Assembly: GCA_036679645.1 (NCBI GenBank)
Contig: JAZDCY010000074.1
Location: 1 to 64,000, forward strand
Direction of reading: 5' to 3'
DNA: 64,000 bases
DNA from: Gemmatimonadota bacterium
GTDB lineage: Bacteria; Gemmatimonadota; Gemmatimonadetes; Gemmatimonadales; GWC2-71-9
The position numbers and the translations under genes are program-made. Numbering within the stretch: position 1 is the first letter of the stretch; the number at the start of each line of letters is the position of its first letter. The notes under the pieces were generated by a model, which was not told the DNA's origin, made no database searches, and saw nothing but the letters and a program-made list of their open reading frames with translations. Positions 47,388-56,548 of this stretch are shown piece by piece.

Positions 47388-50291
47388 TCAGCGCGTCGCG
47401 TACGACTTGATGGGCGGACAGGAAGAGACGAGGTTGCGGTCGCCCCACACGTTGTCGAGCCGCCCCACGGCGGGCCACACCTTGCCCACTCGTGTTGCGT
47501 CCGACGGAAAAGCAGCCCGTTCGCGGTCGTACGGTCGGTCCCACGCGTCGGCGATCACCTGTTGCAGCGTGTGCGGTGCTCGCGAGACGACGTTGCTGTC
47601 GCGATCCGCGGTGCCCGCTTCGATCTCTGCGATTTCGGCGCGGATAGCGATCAGCGCGTCGCAGAACCTATCCAGCTCCTCCTTCGACTCGCTTTCGGTC
47701 GGTTCGACCATCATCGTGCCTGGTACGGGGAAGGAGATCGTAGGCGGGTGGAAGCCATAGTCGATGAGCCGTTTCGCGATGTCCTCGACCTCCACGCCGC
47801 TGGTGCGTTTGACCGGCCGCGTGTCGAGAATCCCCTCATGCCCCACGAGGCCATGTGCGCCGCTGTACAACAGGTCGAAGTGTCCCTCGAGGCGCTTCAT
47901 GACGTAGTTGGCGCTCAGAATAGCGACTTTGGTCGCATTGGTCAGGCCATCGGCACCCATCATCGCGATGTACGCCCATGAGATGGGGAGGATGGAGGGG
48001 CTACCCCAGGGTGCCGCCGAGACGGTGCCACACGATTGTGCGTGACCTAGCGGGACCACCGTGTGATCGGGCAGAAAAGGCGCGAGGTGCTCCGCGACCG
48101 CGATGGGTCCCATACCCGGCCCGCCCCCGCCATGCGGGATGCAGAACGTCTTGTGCAGGTTTACGTGGCAGACGTCCGCGCCAAAATCCCCCGGGCGGCA
48201 GAGCCCTACCTGCGCGTTCAGATTAGCACCGTCGAGGTAGACCTGGCCGCCGGCTGCGTGGACCAGGTCGCAGAGCGTCTTGATTTTGCCTTCGAACACC
48301 CCGTGCGTAGATGGATACGTCACCATGATGGCGCCAAGGGTCCCCTTGTACTGCTCCGCCTTCGTCTCGAGGTCAGCCAGGTCGATGTTGCCCTGTTCGT
48401 CGGTCCCGACCACCACGACATCCATTCCGGCCATCACGGCACTTGCCGGGTTGGTGCCGTGGGCGGACTTCGGGATGAGGCACGTCGTGCGGTGCGTCTC
48501 GCCACGGGACCGATGATACGCGCGGATCACGAGCAGGCCGGCAAACTCGCCCTGCGCCCCAGCGTTGGGCTGGAGTGAGACGGCGTGCATCCCGGTAATC
48601 TCGGCCAACCACCGCTCGAGCGTCTCAAACAGCTCGGTGTACCCGCCCGCCTGTTCGCGCGGCACGAACGGATGGAGTCCACCGAAGCCCGACCAGCTGA
48701 TGGGCATCATCTCGGTGGTCGCGTTGAGCTTCAGCGTGCACGAACCGAGGGGGATCATCGCGGCGGTCAGCGACAGGTCGCGGTTCTCGAGGCGCTTGAG
48801 ATAGCGCAGCATCTCGGTCTCGGCCCGGTAGGTGTGGAACACAGGATGCTCGAGGAATGAGCTTGCGCGCCGGAGTGTGGTCGGGATGGCGTCGCCCTCG
48901 ATAGCAGCTAGATCGGGGGGCGTTGCGTCGGCCGCGGCTGCGAGGGCGGCGACGAGGTCGGAGAGATCGTCGTCGCCGGCCGTCTCATCCAACGCGATCG
49001 ACACGCGTGTCTCGCTGGCACGCCGGAGGTTGATGCGCCGGCTGCGTGCTTCCTCCATGATACGATCGGCGCGTTCGCGCGTGGTCTCGACTGTGAGCGT
49101 ATCGAAGTAAGCGTCGTTGACCTGCGCATACGCTAGCTGGCGGAGCGCCTCCGCGAGCCGGGCCGCCTGGCGGTGCGCTCGGCGCGCAATGCGGCGGAGT
49201 CCGTTTGGGCCGTGGTAGACGCCGTACATCCCGGCGATTACGGCGAGTAGGACCTGTGCCGTGCAGATGTTGCTGGTTGCCTTGTCGCGCCGGATATGCT
49301 GCTCGCGCGTCTGCAGCGCCATGCGCAGCGCCACGCGTCCATCCACGTCTCGCGACACCCCGATGATGCGACCCGGGATCTGCCGCTTGTATTCGTCCCG
49401 GGTGGCGAAGAAGGCGGCGTGCGGGCCGCCGTACCCGAGCGGTACGCCGAACCGCTGAGAATTGCCCACGGCGATATCGGCGCCCCAGGCGCCCGGCGGA
49501 GCGAGCAGCGTGAGCGCCAGCAGGTCGGTGGCGACGGTCACCAAGGCGCCCGCTTCGTGTGCTCGCTCACAAACCTCGTGGAGGTCGCGCACGTGGCCGT
49601 AGGTGTCCGGGTACTGAAGGAGCGCGCCAATGACGGTCTGATCGAACGTGAACTGATCGGGTGATCCCACTTCGATGCCGATCCCGCGCGCGGCCGCACG
49701 CGTCTCGAGGACGGCGATTGTCTGCGGGTGACATGCCGCATCGATCAGAAACCGCGCGCCGTCGTGCCGCTTGGTGACCGTGGCCGACATCGCCATTGCC
49801 TCAGCCGCCGCCGTGGCCTCGTCGAGCAGCGACGCGTTGGCCACCGGCAACTCGGTGATGTCGGAGACCATCGTCTGGAAATTCAGGAGGGCCTCGAGCC
49901 GCCCCTGTGCGATCTCGGGTTGGTAGGGCGTGTACGCGGTGTACCAGCCTGGGTTCTCGAGGACGTTCCGCTGAATGATGGTGGGCGTGACACAGTTGCT
50001 GTATCCCATCCCGATGAAGGAGCGGAACACCTGGTTTCGCCCGGCGAGTGAGCGGAGGCGGTCGAGCACCTCCGCTTCGCTGGCGGCCGCAGGGAGGTCC
50101 AGCGGAGCACGCAACCGGATATCGTCGGGGACGACCGCATCAATGAGTGCGTCTAGCGAATCGTAGCCCATTGCGTCGACCATGGTCGCGATGTCATCTG
50201 GTCGCGGGCCAATGTGGCGGTCGGCGAAACAAGCGACCGCGTCTCGAGCGGTTGTTGAGGAATCGTGTGCGTGGTTGAGCTTCTGGGCCAT
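47388..50291 (-). CDS. gcvP: Glycine dehydrogenase (decarboxylating), single-chain P protein
   Basis: [46 protein letters not shown]. Confidence 0.97.
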   Translation of the reverse strand: MAQKLNHAHDSSTTARDAVACFADRHIGPRPDDIATMVDAMGYDSLDALIDAVVPDDIRLRAPLDLPAAASEAEVLDRLRSLAGRNQVFRSFIGMGYSNCVTPTIIQRNVLENPGWYTAYTPYQPEIAQGRLEALLNFQTMVSDITELPVANASLLDEATAAAEAMAMSATVTKRHDGARFLIDAACHPQTIAVLETRAAARGIGIEVGSPDQFTFDQTVIGALLQYPDTYGHVRDLHEVCERAHEAGALVTVATDLLALTLLAPPGAWGADIAVGNSQRFGVPLGYGGPHAAFFATRDEYKRQIPGRIIGVSRDVDGRVALRMALQTREQHIRRDKATSNICTAQVLLAVIAGMYGVYHGPNGLRRIARRAHRQAARLAEALRQLAYAQVNDAYFDTLTVETTRERADRIMEEARSRRINLRRASETRVSIALDETAGDDDLSDLVAALAAAADATPPDLAAIEGDAIPTTLRRASSFLEHPVFHTYRAETEMLRYLKRLENRDLSLTAAMIPLGSCTLKLNATTEMMPISWSGFGGLHPFVPREQAGGYTELFETLERWLAEITGMHAVSLQPNAGAQGEFAGLLVIRAYHRSRGETHRTTCLIPKSAHGTNPASAVMAGMDVVVVGTDEQGNIDLADLETKAEQYKGTLGAIMVTYPSTHGVFEGKIKTLCDLVHAAGGQVYLDGANLNAQVGLCRPGDFGADVCHVNLHKTFCIPHGGGGPGMGPIAVAEHLAPFLPDHTVVPLGHAQSCGTVSAAPWGSPSILPISWAYIAMMGADGLTNATKVAILSANYVMKRLEGHFDLLYSGAHGLVGHEGILDTRPVKRTSGVEVEDIAKRLIDYGFHPPTISFPVPGTMMVEPTESESKEELDRFCDALIAIRAEIAEIEAGTADRDSNVVSRAPHTLQQVIADAWDRPYDRERAAFPSDATRVGKVWPAVGRLDNVWGDRNLVSSCPPIKSYATR

Positions 50292-50300
50292 GGCTCCTCA

Positions 50301-50333
50301 CATAACAAACGCCCCGGGGCGACCCCGGGGCGT
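50301..50333 (-). terminator. Terminator-like hairpin between gcvH and gcvP
   Basis: ACGCCCCGGGG-TCG-CCCCGGGGCGT followed by TTGTTATG on the minus strand. Confidence 0.6.
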
Positions 50334-50375
50334 GTGACCGTTCAGTTTCTTCGGTGTGTCCGCTCCGGGAGCGAG

Positions 50376-50765
50376 CTACTCGCCGACGTGCTGTGCGTAG
50401 TCGGTGGATGCGAGGAGCTCGTTGAGCTCCCCTGCGCTCCGGAGCTGCATCTTGATCATCCAACCATCTCCATATGGGTCTTTGTTGACGAGAGCCGGGT
50501 CGTTCTCGAGTGCGTCGTTGATCTCGACGACCTCGCCGGCAAGCGGAGAGAACAACTCGGAGACCGCCTTGACGGCCTCGATCGTCCCGAAGACGTCCAT
50601 GCGACTGAGCGACGTTCCCACGTCAGGCAGATCGACGTACACGATGTCGCCGAGCTCTCCTTGCGCGTAGTCCGTAATCCCAACGATCACGGTTCCGGGT
50701 TCGTCACCGGTCTTCACATATTCGTGTTCTTCGGTGTAGCGCAAATCAGACGGGATGTCGGACAT
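50376..50765 (-). CDS. gcvH: Glycine cleavage system H protein
   Basis: GITDYAQGELGDIVYV, IEAVKAV lipoyl Lys, DPYGDGW. Confidence 0.97.
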   Translation of the reverse strand: MSDIPSDLRYTEEHEYVKTGDEPGTVIVGITDYAQGELGDIVYVDLPDVGTSLSRMDVFGTIEAVKAVSELFSPLAGEVVEINDALENDPALVNKDPYGDGWMIKMQLRSAGELNELLASTDYAQHVGE

Positions 50766-50807
50766 GGCAATGCGACCGGAGAAGGGTGGAACAGACGAGG
50801 CGGAAGA

Positions 50808-51419
50808 TTATCCCAGCCCGCGGGCCAAGTCAAGCAGCGCGTTCCACGCGTGCTGGGCGTGTTGCCGCAGCGTGTCTAGCGTGTCCGCGTTCTCGATCAC
50901 GAGGTTGCTGCGGGCGCGCTTCGTGGCCGACGGCAGTTGTGCGGCCATGAGGTCGTCGGCTTCCTGCGCGGACAATCCCCGATCTCGCACGAGTCGATCG
51001 TGTCTGATAGGATCCGGGGCGTCGACGAGGACGACGGCGTCGAAATCGGACGGGTCGAGCACCTCGAAAAGGAGCGGGATATCGCTCACGACCACCCGGT
51101 CGCCACGCGCCCGCGCCTCCTCGACGAGAGTGGTGCGCCGGCGTTGGACCGCCGGGTGGACGATGGCGTTGAGCGCGCTGCGGGCATCGGCGTCGGCCAT
51201 GACGCGCCGTCGCAACATGTCCCGGTCGAGCGAGCCGTCCGCTTGCATGACGGTCTCGCCAAAGCGGTCGCGGATCGCGTTCACCACCGAGCTTCCTGGC
51301 TGTTGCACCTCGCGCACGATGGCATCGGCATCGATCACGGTGGCGCCCCATTCGGCAAACCATCGGGCGACGGTGGATTTCCCCGAGGCGACGTTGCCGG
51401 TCAGCGCGACGTTAAGCAA
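50808..51419 (-). CDS. coaE: Dephospho-CoA kinase
   Basis: LTGNVASGKST, IDAD, LNAIVHP, DIPLLFE. Confidence 0.95.
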   Translation of the reverse strand: MLNVALTGNVASGKSTVARWFAEWGATVIDADAIVREVQQPGSSVVNAIRDRFGETVMQADGSLDRDMLRRRVMADADARSALNAIVHPAVQRRRTTLVEEARARGDRVVVSDIPLLFEVLDPSDFDAVVLVDAPDPIRHDRLVRDRGLSAQEADDLMAAQLPSATKRARSNLVIENADTLDTLRQHAQHAWNALLDLARGLG

Positions 51420-51420
51420 C

Positions 51421-51578
51421 TAGACGCACAGACAGAGTAGACGCTCAGGCGCACAGACGCGCAGATGCACAGACGCACAGACGCACAGACGCTCAGGGGT
51501 GCACATGGCTGGCGATCGGCGAAGATGTCGTCATCGGGGACCCCTGAGCACCTGAGCAACTGAGCAACTGAGCGTCTA
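51421..51578. repeat. Octamer-tandem palindromic element between tdk and coaE
   Basis: (AGACGCAC)-like units ... CTCAGGGGT/ACCCCTGAG ... CACCTGAG CAACTGAG CAACTGAG CGTCTA; the ends TAGACGC and GCGTCTA are complementary. Confidence 0.8.
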
Positions 51579-52187
51579 GCCTTCCAGCAGGTCAGCTTGG
51601 TCGACATAAACGGCCGGTACCTCGTGGCAATGGCGGCATCGGGCCTCGTACGACTCCGAGCCGCCCACCAGAATCGTGGGCGAGTCGTAGACGGCGGGTT
51701 TTCCATCGACCAATCGTTGATTGCGGCAGGCGGGGTCGCCGCATACGACGCAGATCGCATGCAGCTTGTCCACGATCTCGGCAACGGCGAGCAACTGCGG
51801 CATTGCCCCGAAGGGCTCGCCGCGAAAATCGGTGTCGGTACCGGCGAGGATCACCCGGATGCCGCGGTCGGCAAGCGCGGTCACGACTTGGGCGATGCCC
51901 ATGTCGAGGAACTGTGCCTCGTCGATGGCCACGACATCCACGCCGGTGCGTACGCGGCGCATGATCTCGCCTGACGAATCGACGGGGATCGCGTCGGCCG
52001 TGATGCCGTCGTGTGTGGTGACGGAGTGCAGGCCGGTGTAGCGGTCATCCAGGTGTGACTTGAACACCTGGACGGACTTACGCGCGATGATGGTGCGGCG
52101 GACGCGGCGAATCAGCTCTTCGCTCTTGCCGCTGAACATGACGCCCGAGATGACTTCGATCCAGCCGGGTCGGGTGCCGTGATACAC
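51576..52187 (-). CDS. tdk: Thymidine kinase
   Basis: [28 protein letters not shown]...YEARCRHC. Confidence 0.95.
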   Translation of the reverse strand: MYHGTRPGWIEVISGVMFSGKSEELIRRVRRTIIARKSVQVFKSHLDDRYTGLHSVTTHDGITADAIPVDSSGEIMRRVRTGVDVVAIDEAQFLDMGIAQVVTALADRGIRVILAGTDTDFRGEPFGAMPQLLAVAEIVDKLHAICVVCGDPACRNQRLVDGKPAVYDSPTILVGGSESYEARCRHCHEVPAVYVDQADLLEG

Positions 52188-52417
52188 GCTACCCCCAGCC
52201 CCCGCCCGACGCAGCGCGGGCGAGCATGCTGTCAACATCGGTTTTGGGGCCAGTGTCCATCCGCATTCGTTAGGAAGCCTCTGAGCAAGCCACAATCATG
52301 CCGAGATCCCGCAGCCTAGGGGAACGCGGCATTGTAAGGCGCGATCGCTCCGGAGACAAGCGGGTTGCGGCAGCGAAGCGGGAAGCGATATTGCGGGAGC
52401 CCATTTGCGGAGGAAGT

Positions 52418-52702
52418 GTGAACAAGGCCGAGTTGATCGAAGCGCTGGCAAGCCGGCTCGACTTGCCCAAGACGGATGCTACCCGAACCGTGGAAGCGGT
52501 CTTCGGCATGGATGGGGTCATCGTCGAGACGCTGCGTGCGGGTCAGAGAATCCAGATCACCGGGTTCGGGAGCTTTCAGGCGAAGGCGCGCGCGGCGCGG
52601 ACCGGGCGTGATCCGCGGACCGGAAACCCAATCCAGATCAAGGCATCGACGCAGCCCACCTTCAAGGCGGGACAGGGGTTTAAAGACGCACTGAATCCCT
52701 AA
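52418..52702 (+). CDS. hup: DNA-binding protein HU
   Basis: SD GGAGG, GTG start, NKAELI...GFGSF...RTGRDPRTG...PTFKAG. Confidence 0.93.
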   Translation: MNKAELIEALASRLDLPKTDATRTVEAVFGMDGVIVETLRAGQRIQITGFGSFQAKARAARTGRDPRTGNPIQIKASTQPTFKAGQGFKDALNP

Positions 52703-54015
52703 CGGCTTTCGGGCCGGGCCGACACGCGGCGGCCCCGGATGACCGCACCGGTGAGGCCCCGCACGACCGCATCCAGGTCGTCGGGGCGCACCTCTACGAG
52801 CGTGAACCGGTCTCGGATATCGATACGTCCGATGTTCTTGCCCGGAATGCCGACCACGTTGGCGATCACGCCAACCACATCTCCCGGCCGGAGCCGGTCG
52901 GAACTGCCCAGGTCCAGATGGACACGTGTCTTGGCGAGTGCGTCGGGCACATCGGGCACAGCCGTGGCGGCAGGTGCCAGGTCCGCAGCGGCAGCGGCTA
53001 CGAGCGCCGGGTCGAACTCCTGAAAGAGGGGTGCCAGCGCCAGCAGTTGGCCGTCGAGGCCCCCTTGGCGCACGCGTTCCCGAACCCGACGCCGCAGCTC
53101 GGATGCCCGGTCGCGCGCGCGGTCGGCTTCGGATCGGCGGGGGAACGGGCGCAGCGTCTCGACCAGCCGTTCTAGATAGGGTACCTGGTCGGCGCGCAGT
53201 ACTACGAGGACGTCCTCGGCCGATGCCCGGAGTTGGGCGATGACCTCCTGCGAGACACAATCGACGGCGAGGACGAGCGCTACACGCTCGCCCGCCGGAT
53301 CCTCACCGATCTCCACCGCATCGGCGGCCGTCACCGACGCCCAGGCTTCGTGCCGGTGGGGAAGCGGGTCCCAGATCCGGGCCGAATCCGGGTTTATCGA
53401 GTTCAACGCCTCCTGCACGACGAGCCGCACGTCCTCTTCGCCGCTGGCTGTGGCGAACCGCACGGTTCCCGTAGACGCATGTGGCGGGCGCGAGGCTACG
53501 GCGACGGGCGCCCGGTGGGCGTGCCGAGTGAGCAGATCGGCAATACGTGTCTCGTCCGACGTGACGAAGATGCGCTGGGCGTCTCGCGCGTCGGCCAGCA
53601 ACGTGTCCAGTACCTCTGCAGCGTCGGCATGCGCTGTTTCCGGCCAGAGGATGACGATACGCCGGACGGGTGTGAGCTTGAGGGTGGTTTGGCGGACCAG
53701 GTCGAGCGCGTCTTGGGGTGTCACGACGAGCGTTCGGACCGCGCCGGCCCGAAGGAGCCGCCCGATACGGGTCCGGCCAGAAGCCACCGCGACAGATTGC
53801 AGGTGCGCGAGATCCAGGGTGCTTCGCTGCACGTCCCATGCGGTGGCGATCTCAGGCACGACGATCACGGTCGTCGGCGTCTCGCCGGACTCGATCGGAG
53901 CGGCGGCCAGCATGGGCCGGGCGGCCCATGCCGCCGGGGGACAGACGTACACCAACGGCTTGCCGCCGGTCAGTGCGGCGCGGTGCGCGGCGTCCAGCGC
54001 CGGCACGAGGTCCAT
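52699..54015 (-). CDS. Degenerate DEAD-box-like protein with C-terminal DbpA RNA-binding domain
   Basis: C-terminus LDLGSSDRLRPGDVVG...IGRIDIRDRFTLVEV...IRGRRV; remnants of motifs Ia/Ib only; SD GGAG before ATG 54015. Confidence 0.7.
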   Translation of the reverse strand: MDLVPALDAAHRAALTGGKPLVYVCPPAAWAARPMLAAAPIESGETPTTVIVVPEIATAWDVQRSTLDLAHLQSVAVASGRTRIGRLLRAGAVRTLVVTPQDALDLVRQTTLKLTPVRRIVILWPETAHADAAEVLDTLLADARDAQRIFVTSDETRIADLLTRHAHRAPVAVASRPPHASTGTVRFATASGEEDVRLVVQEALNSINPDSARIWDPLPHRHEAWASVTAADAVEIGEDPAGERVALVLAVDCVSQEVIAQLRASAEDVLVVLRADQVPYLERLVETLRPFPRRSEADRARDRASELRRRVRERVRQGGLDGQLLALAPLFQEFDPALVAAAAADLAPAATAVPDVPDALAKTRVHLDLGSSDRLRPGDVVGVIANVVGIPGKNIGRIDIRDRFTLVEVRPDDLDAVVRGLTGAVIRGRRVSARPESR

Positions 54016-54032
54016 GCTCACTCCACCCTCAA

Positions 54033-54060
54033 TTGTCAAAGATGGCTATCATGCTACCTT
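54033..54060 (+). promoter_or_regulatory. Putative promoter for the plus-strand run starting at dmpA
   Basis: TTGTCA, 16-nt spacer, TACCTT with a TG extended -10. Confidence 0.4.
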
Positions 54061-54115
54061 CGCCCCGAGACGATGGCAATGACGCGCCGCAAGGCGCTGT
54101 GTTTGGGGGAGACAC

Positions 54116-55249
54116 GTGAGGCGCATTCCGTTGGTCGTTGCACTCCTGATAGTCGCGGTAGCGGGTCCGTTGCCGGGCCGGCAGGCGCGGCGCTCGGCCC
54201 GTGAGCTCGGGATCATAGTGGGAATCCTGGAGCCCGGGCGGTGGAATGCCATCACTGATGTCACGGGTGTTCGTGTCGGCCACACGACGATTCAGCAGGC
54301 CGATTCAATCAATACCGGGGTCACCGCCATCCTCCCGCACGGGGGAAACATCTTCCAGGAAAAAGTCCCTGCGGCGATCGTCGTGGGGAATGGATTTGGG
54401 AAACTCGCGGGTTTTACGCAGGTGCAAGAGCTGGGTGAGCTCGAGTCGCCGGTGTTGCTGACGTGTACGTTGTGCGTCTCGCGGGTGGTAGATGCCGGCC
54501 TTACCTATTTGCTGGGTCTTCCCGGGAACGAACGTGTGCGATCAGCCAACGTCGTGGTGGGCGAGACAAACGATGGGTTTCTCAATGACATCCGCCAGCG
54601 CGCGGTTACCGAAGCCGATGTGCTGCGGGCGATCATGATTGCCGACACCGGCGCGGTCGATCAGGGCAGCGTGGGGGCCGGTAGAGGCACGATTGCGTTC
54701 GGGTGGAAGGGCGGCATCGGGACGTCGAGCCGGGTGCTTCCGGATGAGTTGGGTGAGTGGACGGTTGGTGTGCTCGTCCAGACGAATTTTGGCGGAGTGC
54801 TCTCCATCAACGGCGCGCCGGTAGGTCGCGAACTGGGCCGTTACTACCTGCGTGGGGTGATCGAGACCGGGCAGAGTGGACGAGAAGACGAGGGCGACGG
54901 GTCCATCATGGTCGTGGTGGCGACCGATGCCCCGCTGAGCCATCGAAACCTCGAGCGCCTGGCTCGTCGCGCGCTTGCTGGTGTGGCGCGCACGGGAAGC
55001 TCCATGACGAACGGATCAGGTGACTACGTGATCGCGTTCTCAACGGTCGGGGTTCGCCAGGCGGCTACTCCGCTCCCGAACGATCGCATGAGTCCGTTGT
55101 TCGAGGCGGTGATCGAGGCTACGGAAGAGGCCGTGTACAACTCCCTGTTCATGGCGACCACGGTTCGGGGTCACCGCGGTGAGATCGGCGCGCTCCCGAT
55201 CGATTCGACTCTCACCATCCTGCGGCGATACGGGGCCGTCAGTCAATGA
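54116..55249 (+). CDS. P1-family (DmpA-like) aminopeptidase
   Basis: NAITDVTGVRVGH, NGFGKL, VGETNDG, GAGRG, NGSGDY autoprocessing site; signal peptide. Confidence 0.9.
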   Translation: MRRIPLVVALLIVAVAGPLPGRQARRSARELGIIVGILEPGRWNAITDVTGVRVGHTTIQQADSINTGVTAILPHGGNIFQEKVPAAIVVGNGFGKLAGFTQVQELGELESPVLLTCTLCVSRVVDAGLTYLLGLPGNERVRSANVVVGETNDGFLNDIRQRAVTEADVLRAIMIADTGAVDQGSVGAGRGTIAFGWKGGIGTSSRVLPDELGEWTVGVLVQTNFGGVLSINGAPVGRELGRYYLRGVIETGQSGREDEGDGSIMVVVATDAPLSHRNLERLARRALAGVARTGSSMTNGSGDYVIAFSTVGVRQAATPLPNDRMSPLFEAVIEATEEAVYNSLFMATTVRGHRGEIGALPIDSTLTILRRYGAVSQ

Positions 55250-56448
55250 AGGGCTACTCGAGAAACCTCGAGTATCTCGAGCCGTCCGTAACGCTCGCGA
55301 TCAGCCAGCTCGCCAACCAGAAGCGCGCGGCCGGCGAGGACATCATCAACCTGTCGGCGGGCGAGCCGGACTTCGGCACCCCGAGGCTCATCGCCGAGGC
55401 CGGCGTACGGGCCATCCAACAGGGTAAGACACATTATCCGCCCAACCCCGGTCTGCTGGAGTTGCGGGCGGCGGCGGCGCGACACTTTTCGCTGTTGTCG
55501 GGTGGCCGTGCGGTGAACGCCGACTGGTTCGTCGTGTCGTCCGGTGCCAAGCAATCGGTGTTCAACGCGTGCTTCGCTCTGTTTGGTCCCGGGGACCGGG
55601 TGTTGCTGCCTACGCCCTACTGGGTGTCGTATCCGCAGATCGTACGCTTCGCGCGCGCCGAGCCGATCTTCGTACCGGGGGCGGTGGAGTGGAGCCTGAA
55701 AGTCGGTGTAGAGGATCTCGAGAAGGCGCGCGACATCAAGACCAAGGGACTGATCCTCTGCTCGCCGAGTAACCCGACGGGCGCTGTCTACACGCTGGCC
55801 GAGCTGCGGGCCATCGCGGAGTGGGCCGCGAAGCACGAGATCTGGCTGATCGCCGACGAGATCTATCGGCGTATCCACTTTGGCCCGGGTCCCGCGCCGT
55901 CGGTGCTGGATCTGCCAGACGAGCTGCTCGATCGGGTCGTCATGATCAGTGGCGTGAGCAAGGCCTACGCGATGACGGGGTGGCGGATTGGGCTTGGGAT
56001 GGCTCGGACCGAGGTGGCGAAGGTCATGGCGGGCGTGCAGTCCCACATAACCAGCGGTGCGTCACAAGCAGGACAGTGGGCGGCGGTGGAGGCATTCGGC
56101 AACGAGCGGGTGGAGGAAGATGTGGCGGCCATGGTCGAGGCGTTCCGCCAGCGCCGGGACCTCGTCGAGGAACACTTCAGGAGTACTCTGCCGGGAATCG
56201 AATTCGTGGATCCGGTGGGCGCCTTCTATTTCTTCTTCCGAGTGGATCACCTGTTCGATCAGGAGCTGAACGGGGCTGCGCAGCTTTGCGAGCTGCTGCT
56301 GTCCCGCGAAGGTATTGCGCTGGTTCCGGGTGAGGCGTTTGGCGATCCCCGCTGGGTCCGTCTCAGTTACGCGGCTTCGGAGGACGATCTGCAACGGGCG
56401 CTCGAGCGGATCAGTCGGTTCATGATAGGAGGCCAACGGCGCGATTGA
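55246..56448 (+). CDS. PLP-dependent class I/II aminotransferase (AspC-like)
   Basis: GEPDF, SPSNPTG, DEIY, SKAYAMTGWRIG. Confidence 0.92.
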   Translation: MKGYSRNLEYLEPSVTLAISQLANQKRAAGEDIINLSAGEPDFGTPRLIAEAGVRAIQQGKTHYPPNPGLLELRAAAARHFSLLSGGRAVNADWFVVSSGAKQSVFNACFALFGPGDRVLLPTPYWVSYPQIVRFARAEPIFVPGAVEWSLKVGVEDLEKARDIKTKGLILCSPSNPTGAVYTLAELRAIAEWAAKHEIWLIADEIYRRIHFGPGPAPSVLDLPDELLDRVVMISGVSKAYAMTGWRIGLGMARTEVAKVMAGVQSHITSGASQAGQWAAVEAFGNERVEEDVAAMVEAFRQRRDLVEEHFRSTLPGIEFVDPVGAFYFFFRVDHLFDQELNGAAQLCELLLSREGIALVPGEAFGDPRWVRLSYAASEDDLQRALERISRFMIGGQRRD

Positions 56449-56548
56449 CGCCCGGTGGTCCGGCGGACATCCTCTACGCAACCGGACCGCTGCAGCATGG
56501 CTGGTTTCCGGTAGCAGCACGCGCCCGCCATCCCGGAGGACTCCTCTG

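Noticed and set aside
50292..50810. Glycine riboswitch near gcvH/gcvP
   Set aside because: The intergenic gaps are too short (about 84 and 42 nt) and no aptamer consensus was recognised.
34348..52235. Minus-strand TTGACA hexamers upstream of lipA (34348-34353) and tdk (52230-52235) as promoters
   Set aside because: No acceptable -10 element at 16-18 nt spacing.
52188..52417. tRNA or ncRNA in the tdk-HU intergenic region
   Set aside because: No cloverleaf, T-loop or other recognisable RNA family signature.
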